NCBI GenBank assembly: GCA_900313475.1
Contig: OMRJ01000144.1
Span: forward strand, 1 to 34,861
Source: an uncultured Eubacteriales bacterium
Lineage (GTDB): Bacteria > Bacillota > Clostridia > Oscillospirales > Acutalibacteraceae
Reading direction: 5' to 3'
DNA: 34,861 bases
Shown: piece by piece, positions 27,512-34,050 of the stretch
Layout of the letters: every line of letters starts with the position of its first letter
Numbering within the stretch: position 1 is the stretch's first letter
Made by a program: the position numbers and the translations under genes
The notes under the pieces: generated by a model
The model's input: the letters and a program-made list of their open reading frames with translations, nothing else
What the model was told of the DNA's origin: nothing
The model's database searches: none

Positions 27512-28213
27512 TTACCATTCCAGCCGATTAACGGACAGCGGATTGTCATTAACGGCTATTCTTCGCACCCGTCCGTTCTTCATTGTTATAACTCTGTCCG
27601 CCATCGGAGAGAGGGCTGTGTTGTGTGTTATAATAATCACTGTCATTCCCGTGTCGCGGCACGTGTCCTGCAGCAGGGACAGTATCTGCTTGCCGGTGGC
27701 ATAGTCAAGTGCCCCCGTAGGTTCGTCACAGAGCAGTATTTTCGGGTTTTTTGCAAGTGCGCGCGCAATTGACACACGCTGCTGTTCGCCGCCCGAAAGC
27801 TGTGCGGGGAAGTTGTTCATTCTCGCTCCGAGTCCCACACGTTCAAGCACCTTGTCGGGACTTAACGATTTGTTGCTTATCTGCGTGGCAAGCTCAACAT
27901 TTTCAAGGGCGGTGAGGTTCGGCACAAGGTTATAAAACTGAAATACAAAGCCGACGTCGTGACGTCTGTAGAGCGCGGTACGTTTTTCACTGAAATTGTT
28001 TATCAACTCGCCTCCGACTCTTACCTTGCCGTCATCGCAGCTGTCAATACCGCCGAGAATGTTGAGCACGGTGGTTTTTCCGGCTCCCGACGGACCTACT
28101 ATCATACACAGCTCGCCCTGTTCGACGGAAAAGGACACGCCGTCGAGTGCGTTTATGGTCACTTCACCCATTTTGTATTTCTTGTAAACCGATGAAAGCT
28201 CGATAAAACTCAT
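27512..28213 (-). CDS. ABC transporter ATP-binding protein (MacB/LolD-like subfamily)
   Basis: Walker [10 protein letters not shown]. Signature [15 protein letters not shown]. Walker [13 protein letters not shown]-loop ITHN. ATG at 28213 lies 9 nt after AAGGTGG. Confidence 0.92.
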   Translation of the reverse strand: MSFIELSSVYKKYKMGEVTINALDGVSFSVEQGELCMIVGPSGAGKTTVLNILGGIDSCDDGKVRVGGELINNFSEKRTALYRRHDVGFVFQFYNLVPNLTALENVELATQISNKSLSPDKVLERVGLGARMNNFPAQLSGGEQQRVSIARALAKNPKILLCDEPTGALDYATGKQILSLLQDTCRDTGMTVIIITHNTALSPMADRVITMKNGRVRRIAVNDNPLSVNRLEW

Positions 28214-28241
28214 TGACCTATACCACCTTAGTCGGGAAAAG

Positions 28242-28280
28242 CATGTCCGCATCGGACGCTAAACGTGAACATGCGGACGT
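28242..28280 (-). promoter_or_regulatory. Stem-loop in the predicted 5' leader of the ABC operon
   Basis: 10-bp stem (one G.U): 28242-28251 pairs with 28271-28280 across a 19-nt loop. On the minus strand the 3' arm can alternatively pair within GTCCG-ATG-CGGAC. It lies between the predicted -10 and the RBS. Confidence 0.3.
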
Positions 28281-28300
28281 ACCTCACCTATATTACAATT

Positions 28301-28329
28301 ATTATATATTATTATATCAGTTCAGTCAA
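28301..28329 (-). promoter_or_regulatory. SigA-type promoter for the ABC ATPase/permease operon
   Basis: Read on the minus strand: TTGACT (28329-28324), a 17-nt spacer, and TATAAT (28306-28301). Confidence 0.5.
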
Positions 28330-28442
28330 TCGAAAAATGTCAAAATTCGCAAAACCGTTCGTTTCTTCATCTCGAAAAGGGAACTGTATGAAATAAAATA
28401 CAAGAAAACAGAATAAAAAACCGTTTGCCGAACGCACGGCGC

Positions 28443-28471
28443 TTGACAATGCTTTTTGCCGCATATATAAT
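28443..28471 (+). promoter_or_regulatory. Consensus SigA promoter upstream of galM
   Basis: Exact TTGACA (28443-28448), a 17-nt spacer, and exact TATAAT (28466-28471), 54 nt upstream of the galM ATG. Confidence 0.6.
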
Positions 28472-28525
28472 GTAATTTAACTATCTTCAGACGGCGGAAA
28501 AGAAAAAAGAAACGGAGCATTACAT

Positions 28526-29593
28526 ATGAGCGTTGAAAGAATACCCTTCGGTCTTATGCCCGACGGGAGAAAAGTTTACAAATATATTATCACAAACAAT
28601 AATGAGTACAGTGTACATATTTTGACGCTCGGTGCCACGCTTAATTCTTTTATAGCAAAGGATAAAAACGGAGAGAATCTCGACGTGCTTCTCGGTTTTG
28701 ATTCCGTTGAAGACTATCTGGAGCTGTCCGACTATCAGGGCGCAACCGTCGGTCCCGTCGCAAACCGTATAGGCGGCGCATCGTTTGATATCGGAGCGAA
28801 GCACTATGAGCTTGTCGCAAACGAAAAAGACGTTACCTGCCTTCATTCCGGCGGAGAGTTCAGCTTTGCCCTCTGGAATGCGGTTGTGGTCGATTCCGAC
28901 GCGGTCGAGTTCGGCTACACAAGTCCCGACGGTCAGGGAGGCTTCCCCGGTGAAACGTCTGTAAAGGTCATTTTCAGTTTGAAGGACGATAATAAGCTCA
29001 CAATAAAGTATGAGGCGGTCAGCGACCGCGATACATTTATTAATTTAACAAATCACGCTTATTTTAACCTTAAAGGCTACGGAAACGGCACGATTCTCGA
29101 CCACACAATGCAGATAAATGCCGAAAAATACACACCTGTAGACGAAATGAGTATTCCCTACGGCAGAAACGATTCCGTCGAGGGTACTCCGTTTGATTTC
29201 CGAAAGCCCGTTATGATAGGCGACCGTATCGACGATGACAACGAACAGCTTAATTTTACCGGCGGTTTCGACCACAATTTCTGTGTCAGCGGCGAAATCG
29301 GTGAGCTTCGTCCGTGTGCGGAAACATTTTGTGCCGAAAGCGGTATAAAAATGAATGTTTATACAACGCTTCCCGGTGTTCAGTTCTACGCGGGCAATTT
29401 CCTCAACGGAACAGCCGGAAAAAAAGGCGTGCCTATGGAAAAGCGCAGCGGATTCTGCCTTGAAACACAGTATTACCCCGATACACCCAATAAACCCGAT
29501 TTTCCTCAGTGTTTTTTTAAGGCGGGCGAAAAGTACGAGTCCGAAACGGTGTACGGATTTCATACGGCAGGAGGTTCGGACAACGCGCAATAA
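28526..29593 (+). CDS. galM: Aldose 1-epimerase (galactose mutarotase)
   Basis: 355 aa. GATVGPVANRIGGASF, LHSGG, TNHAYFNL and FCLETQYYPD motifs typical of GalM. Confidence 0.88.
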   Translation: MSVERIPFGLMPDGRKVYKYIITNNNEYSVHILTLGATLNSFIAKDKNGENLDVLLGFDSVEDYLELSDYQGATVGPVANRIGGASFDIGAKHYELVANEKDVTCLHSGGEFSFALWNAVVVDSDAVEFGYTSPDGQGGFPGETSVKVIFSLKDDNKLTIKYEAVSDRDTFINLTNHAYFNLKGYGNGTILDHTMQINAEKYTPVDEMSIPYGRNDSVEGTPFDFRKPVMIGDRIDDDNEQLNFTGGFDHNFCVSGEIGELRPCAETFCAESGIKMNVYTTLPGVQFYAGNFLNGTAGKKGVPMEKRSGFCLETQYYPDTPNKPDFPQCFFKAGEKYESETVYGFHTAGGSDNAQ

Positions 29594-29668
29594 GCGTTGT
29601 TTGCTTAGAATACCTGACGTATTTGCAAGGGTTTTAACGCGGCATGAGCGAAAATCAGCCGGTAAAAC

Positions 29669-29697
29669 CGACACGGGTTCAAGTCCCGTCAGCCTAC
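29669..29697 (+). repeat. Left copy of a 29-nt imperfect inverted repeat resembling a tRNA T-arm plus 3' acceptor strand
   Basis: CGACACGGGTTCAAGTCCCGTCAGCCTAC. It contains ACGGG-TTCAAGT-CCCGT (T-stem and loop). 26 of 29 positions match the reverse complement of 33789-33817. Confidence 0.6.
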
Positions 29698-29768
29698 GGC
29701 TCAAATGCCGGAAAAACGCACCGGCGCACATTCGTTTTCGGTATGAAAAACTTACCTCTCCGTTCCTA

Positions 29769-29797
29769 TTGACAAGCAGCCGATTTTGTTATATTAT
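29769..29797 (+). promoter_or_regulatory. SigA-type promoter for the 548-aa secreted-protein gene
   Basis: TTGACA (29769-29774), then either TGtTATATT (extended -10, 29787-29795) or TATTAT at 17-nt spacing (29792-29797). Confidence 0.5.
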
Positions 29798-29846
29798 TGT
29801 ATAGATAATTTTGTTTTATTGCATATTTGTCCGGGAGGCATAAACA

Positions 29847-31493
29847 GTGAAAAAACGTTCTGTTTACAGCTTAATATCGGTGTTCGTGCTGATAATCGCA
29901 GTGCTGACGGCGCCTGTTGCCGATGCGGCTATCCTCACGTTTGAAACTCAAAACAGCTATGCTTCTCCCGACAGTGCATGGCTCACCGATGTCGTTATCA
30001 ATGAGGACACCGCCACGGTCGCGGGGCTCGTTCAGAGAGCGCATTTTTCTCCCGTTCCGGTTTATAAATATTCCGAAACCCCCGAAAGCTTCAAAAAAGA
30101 CGTCTCCTACTATACCTCGATATATTCGCTCAACGACGGCATGCAGAAAGCGGGATATGTTTATCTGTTTGATCTGCTGAACAAAAACTCAAACATTATC
30201 GCCGCAAATGTTTCGGACAGTGCGGTGAGGGACTATTTGGAGGGCGTAGGAATCGTTTATCCGTCCGAGGTGGACGCCGATGAGCTTGTTATGGCGCGCG
30301 CTCTCTATACTGCGATGATAACGGGTGCCTATGCGGGGATCTCTCCCGACGGCAAGAGTCTTGACGAAATGATAATCGGTTACGTGAGTGCATTTTCCGG
30401 GATAGATGCGGCGTCGCTGAAGCAGTGGATGCCTCAAAACAGCGTTCTTTCGCTCGATGAATATATTCTCGCCGCGTCAAAGCTGGCGCTTTGGACGAAC
30501 GGCTACGATGTTACAGCCGATACGGATTCAAATGAGGTTTTTCGCCTTATAGCTGTTATGTCGCTCGAAAAAATGGGTATCGGCACCGACAAAAACGCCT
30601 CATCCGAAGACCTTAAAGCGTCGTACACCGCGTCGCTTCTCGGTCTGAAATACGGCGTTTCCCTTAACAGAGACAAGCTCTCCTCCGCTCTCAGGAAAGG
30701 TGACGAGGCTGTTGCGTTTTATGTTCTTCAGATGCTCGGTCAGAAGGCGGGGCTGTCGATACGTTCCGATAACTGTTCTTATGACGATGCGTTTTATCTG
30801 GTGGCGGAAAATACCGATGCTTTTGTTCTTGACGATGATGAGTTTTATGCGGATATTTACGAATACAATGTCTACTTGACGGCAAAGCGCCCGTCCGTAT
30901 GGCTCATGCCGAAGTCATATTCGGGCAGCAATAAGAACAGCATCGTCGAGATAACTGCCGACGGTGATACGCTGCGTGATAACTACTACAATGAAATCGA
31001 CCTTAATTCTTCACTCGAGGTTCAGACCGTAAAGGTAAAAGTGTCATGTACCGCAAACGGCAAGACTTCGGTCTGCACATACACATTTAATTTTTACCAG
31101 AGCAACAAGGAACCTCCCAAGGGCGATATTCCGACGGCTGACGATATTGCGGGTTTTATAACATCCGATTCGATAATCAGCGGAATATTCTCGTCGATGG
31201 GAATAAACAGGAATCTCGGTACGGCGGCAGATAATCTTCTTGTTTCCGTTCCGTCGGCAGTCAAGAGCGTTATTTCGTTTATATCGCCGACCTTCGGCGA
31301 AGAAAACGGCAACGACGTTACCGGCTCAAACGCGGATGACAGTTCGCGTGCCGAAAAGGAAATTGTGTGCGTATCTATCCTCGATAAAATAGGTTCCGTT
31401 GCCGATATTGACATAAAAGGAGTCGACGGCTTAAAGCTTGTCGATAATACCGTTTCGGGAAAGGGACTTGACCTTGTTTCGTTCGGAAAGTGA
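29847..31493 (+). CDS. Secreted protein of unknown function, possible C-terminal cadherin-like beta-sandwich domain
   Basis: GTG start 8 nt after GGGAGG. Signal peptide MKKRSVYSLISVFVLIIAVLTAPVADA. Residues ~330-415 (YEYNVYLTAKRPSVWL...VKVKVSCTANGKTSVCTYTFNF) have the alternating pattern of cadherin-like beta-sandwich modules. No catalytic motif recognised. Confidence 0.7.
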   Translation: MKKRSVYSLISVFVLIIAVLTAPVADAAILTFETQNSYASPDSAWLTDVVINEDTATVAGLVQRAHFSPVPVYKYSETPESFKKDVSYYTSIYSLNDGMQKAGYVYLFDLLNKNSNIIAANVSDSAVRDYLEGVGIVYPSEVDADELVMARALYTAMITGAYAGISPDGKSLDEMIIGYVSAFSGIDAASLKQWMPQNSVLSLDEYILAASKLALWTNGYDVTADTDSNEVFRLIAVMSLEKMGIGTDKNASSEDLKASYTASLLGLKYGVSLNRDKLSSALRKGDEAVAFYVLQMLGQKAGLSIRSDNCSYDDAFYLVAENTDAFVLDDDEFYADIYEYNVYLTAKRPSVWLMPKSYSGSNKNSIVEITADGDTLRDNYYNEIDLNSSLEVQTVKVKVSCTANGKTSVCTYTFNFYQSNKEPPKGDIPTADDIAGFITSDSIISGIFSSMGINRNLGTAADNLLVSVPSAVKSVISFISPTFGEENGNDVTGSNADDSSRAEKEIVCVSILDKIGSVADIDIKGVDGLKLVDNTVSGKGLDLVSFGK

Positions 31494-31526
31494 TGTTCGG
31501 ATGTATATATTAAGCAGGAGGGCAAA

Positions 31527-32210
31527 ATGAACGAAAAAATAATGATAGTCGATGACGATGAAAACATATGCGAATTGCTTCGTCTTTACCTTACAAAAGA
31601 AGGCTATACCACCGTTATTGTCAATGACGGACTTGCCGCCGTTGAAACCGTTGCGACCGCAAAGCCGGCGCTTGTGCTTCTTGATATTATGCTTCCGAAG
31701 CTTGACGGCTGGCAGGTGTGCAGAAAAATACGTCAAAACAGTGATGTTCCCATAATAATGATTTCCGCAAAGGGCGAGACATTCGATAAGATACTCGGAC
31801 TTGAACTCGGTGCCGACGATTATGTCGTTAAACCTTTTGAAGCTAAAGAGGTGGTGGCGAGAATTAAAGCCGTATTAAGGCGTGCCGCCGCACCGGTTTC
31901 CGAAATGCCGAAAGAAGTCAATTACGAAAATCTCTCCGTTAATATCACCAACTATGAGATGAAGGTCAGAGGAGTGCATGTGGATGCCCCGCCGAAAGAG
32001 CTTGAGCTTATCTTTCATCTTGCAAGCAATCCGAACCGTGTTTTTACACGTGATCAACTGCTCGACGAAGTATGGGGGTTCGATTACTACGGCGATTCCC
32101 GTACCGTCGATGTCCACGTAAAGCGCTTGAGGGAAAAGCTTGAAGGTGTTTCCGATAAATGGGAGCTTAAAACCGTGTGGAGCGTCGGTTATAAATTTGA
32201 AACGCACTGA
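31527..32210 (+). CDS. OmpR/PhoB-family response regulator
   Basis: Receiver domain (IMIVDDDENI...LLDIMLPKLDGW...KPF). Winged-helix output (LTxxEFELLxxL-like ELELIFHLASNPNRVFTRDQLL, RTVDVHVKRLREKL, TVWSVGYKFE). Confidence 0.92.
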   Translation: MNEKIMIVDDDENICELLRLYLTKEGYTTVIVNDGLAAVETVATAKPALVLLDIMLPKLDGWQVCRKIRQNSDVPIIMISAKGETFDKILGLELGADDYVVKPFEAKEVVARIKAVLRRAAAPVSEMPKEVNYENLSVNITNYEMKVRGVHVDAPPKELELIFHLASNPNRVFTRDQLLDEVWGFDYYGDSRTVDVHVKRLREKLEGVSDKWELKTVWSVGYKFETH

Positions 32211-32316
32211 TTTCATTACGGGTACTCGTTTTATACGATGACGGATTTGACGTAATTTCAGAGCAAAAGCGCACATACATTACAATGATATTGAAATATA
32301 TTAAAGTGAGCCAAAA

Positions 32317-33792
32317 ATGAGTATACTCAAAAGACGCTCCGCAGGGAGTATGTTTAAACGACTGTTTTCCTTGATGACCGCAACAATGCTTCTCTGTGTT
32401 TTTGCGGCGGGTTTCTCGTTGATGTTCTTTTTCGTTACTTTTTGGAAAAACGACAGGCTCACGTCACTCGCCGATGACGCTTTGAGCCTTGCTCAAAGCG
32501 TTGATTCATTTTATATCGATCCTACCGTGCCTGTTTCGGATGACAACGGTCAAGCAGTTATTTCCGGGTTGCTTGCAACGATGCATGAGTCGGGTGATGC
32601 CGCGGCGTTTATAACAGACGGCACCGGCAGAATATTTGTTTGCAGCGACAGCGGGTCTGTCGAAAGCTGTCCCGTGCACGGCAAAACGGTTTTCCCGACC
32701 GATATACTGGCACAGTGTTCGGAAGACGGCACGAAATACACGTTTGACGATATTGTGCAGGGCTTCGGAGACGCAAATACAACATATCTGTGCGCCGTTG
32801 TTCCGTTTACGGAGCAGTCGGGCGAAAAATACTATGCAGTGTGCATGCAGTCGCTTATAAGCGCTTATTTGCCTTATACTACGGAGTTTGTCAGAATGAT
32901 AATTCTCACGGGACTTATCGCCGTGCTTGTTTCGTTCCTGTCGTCGCTTGCAGTTTCCTTCCGAATGGTGAAGCCGCTGAAAAAAATAACGGATATAACA
33001 CAAAAATACGGCGAGGGAAATTTCTCGGAGCGAATCAGTGAGCTTGACACCTACAGTGAGCTTACGGAGCTTGCGGAAGCCTTTAACTCGATGGCGGACA
33101 ATCTTGCGGTTACGGAGCAGTCGCGAAGTAATTTTGTTGCAAATGTTTCGCATGAACTGAAAACGCCGATGACGATAATCAGCGGTTTTGTCGACGGAAT
33201 GCTTGACGGCACGATTCCGGAGGAGGACAAAAATAAATATCTCAAAATTGTGTCGGATGAGGTTAAAAGACTTTCGCGCCTTGTTGTTGCAATGCTGAAC
33301 ATGTCAAAAATTGAAGCAGGAAAACTCTCTCCCGCACTGTCGGATGTAAACCTTGCGGAGCTTATCTGCCGTACGGTCATAGGCTTTGAAAAGGTCGTTT
33401 CCGACAGGGATATCCGCGTTTTGGGGCTTGATTCGTTTGAACAGGTGAATGTAAGCGCCGACGGAACGCTTATCACACAGGTTATCTACAATCTTTTTGA
33501 CAACGCCGTTAAATTTACTCCCGACGGCGGCACAATAATACTGTCGCTCGGCTCCGATAAAAAAAATGCCGTTATAAAAATAAGAAACAGCGGCAAGGGC
33601 ATTTCGGCTGAGGAACAGACACTTGTTTTTGACAGATTCTATAAAGTGGATAAGTCACGCGGACTTGATTCCAAAAGCTTCGGCATGGGCTTATATATTG
33701 TTAAAAGTATAATTGAGCTTCATCACGGCACTATAAGCATAAACAGCGAACCGAACGAATATACCGAATTTATTATAAAGCTGCCTTTGTAG
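32317..33792 (+). CDS. Sensor histidine kinase (two TM segments, ~150-aa extracytoplasmic loop, HAMP, HisKA, HATPase_c)
   Basis: TM1 LMTATMLLCVFAAGFSLMFFFV. TM2 IILTGLIAVLVSFLSSLAV. H-box VSHELKTPMT. N-box NLFDNAVKFT. G-boxes IRNSGKGI and GMGLYIV. Confidence 0.92.
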   Translation: MSILKRRSAGSMFKRLFSLMTATMLLCVFAAGFSLMFFFVTFWKNDRLTSLADDALSLAQSVDSFYIDPTVPVSDDNGQAVISGLLATMHESGDAAAFITDGTGRIFVCSDSGSVESCPVHGKTVFPTDILAQCSEDGTKYTFDDIVQGFGDANTTYLCAVVPFTEQSGEKYYAVCMQSLISAYLPYTTEFVRMIILTGLIAVLVSFLSSLAVSFRMVKPLKKITDITQKYGEGNFSERISELDTYSELTELAEAFNSMADNLAVTEQSRSNFVANVSHELKTPMTIISGFVDGMLDGTIPEEDKNKYLKIVSDEVKRLSRLVVAMLNMSKIEAGKLSPALSDVNLAELICRTVIGFEKVVSDRDIRVLGLDSFEQVNVSADGTLITQVIYNLFDNAVKFTPDGGTIILSLGSDKKNAVIKIRNSGKGISAEEQTLVFDRFYKVDKSRGLDSKSFGMGLYIVKSIIELHHGTISINSEPNEYTEFIIKLPL

Positions 33793-33817
33793 GCTGACGG
33801 GATTCGAACCCATGTCG
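33789..33817 (-). repeat. Right copy (minus-strand orientation) of the tRNA-3'-end-like inverted repeat
   Basis: The minus strand reads CGACATGGGTTCGAATCCCGTCAGCCTAC. It overlaps the kinase TAG stop (33790-33792). It differs from the left copy at 3 positions: one in the 5' stem arm and two in the T-loop. Confidence 0.6.
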
Positions 33818-33845
33818 CCCGTCAGTGCCCCTTTTCGGCACTTTT
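33794..33845 (+). terminator. Tandem hairpins / rho-independent terminator after the kinase gene
   Basis: CTGACGGG (33794-33801) pairs with CCCGTCAG (33818-33825). This is followed by GTGCC (33825-33829) / GGCAC (33837-33841) and then TTTT (33842-33845). Confidence 0.5.
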
Positions 33846-34050
33846 CGCCCTTTTCGTCTTGACTTGTGCCGGCAAGCCTGCACCTCAAAAAACGAAAATC
33901 GCTCAAAAACTGTCTGCTGTCGGTTACAAAGCGGTTTTGCCTAAGGTGGTTTTGCAATTTTTTTTCTTCGGTAAATTTTAATGCTTGTTTAAACAGGCGG
34001 TTTTACTATACAGTCAAAGCTTAAACAATAACGCGAAAGGAACGAAAACC

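Noticed and set aside
28213-28520. Small ORFs (67 aa plus strand, 64 aa minus strand) in the divergent ABC / galM promoter region
   Set aside because: The region is AT-rich, is occupied by two good promoters and a leader, and shows no RBS. These are most likely non-coding.
29620-29700. A complete tRNA gene at 29.67 kb, and a minus-strand tRNA at 33.79-33.88 kb
   Set aside because: Only the T-arm and a 3' acceptor-like strand are present. The required complementary 5' acceptor strand (TAGGCTG) and the D and anticodon arms cannot be found at the right distance in either copy, and there is no CCA. They are reported as repeats or fragments instead.
29707-29738. Terminator after galM (GCCGG-9 nt loop-CCGGC)
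   Set aside because: The stem is only 5 bp with a large loop, and the T-run (TTTT) is 11 nt away. This is too weak to call as a feature.
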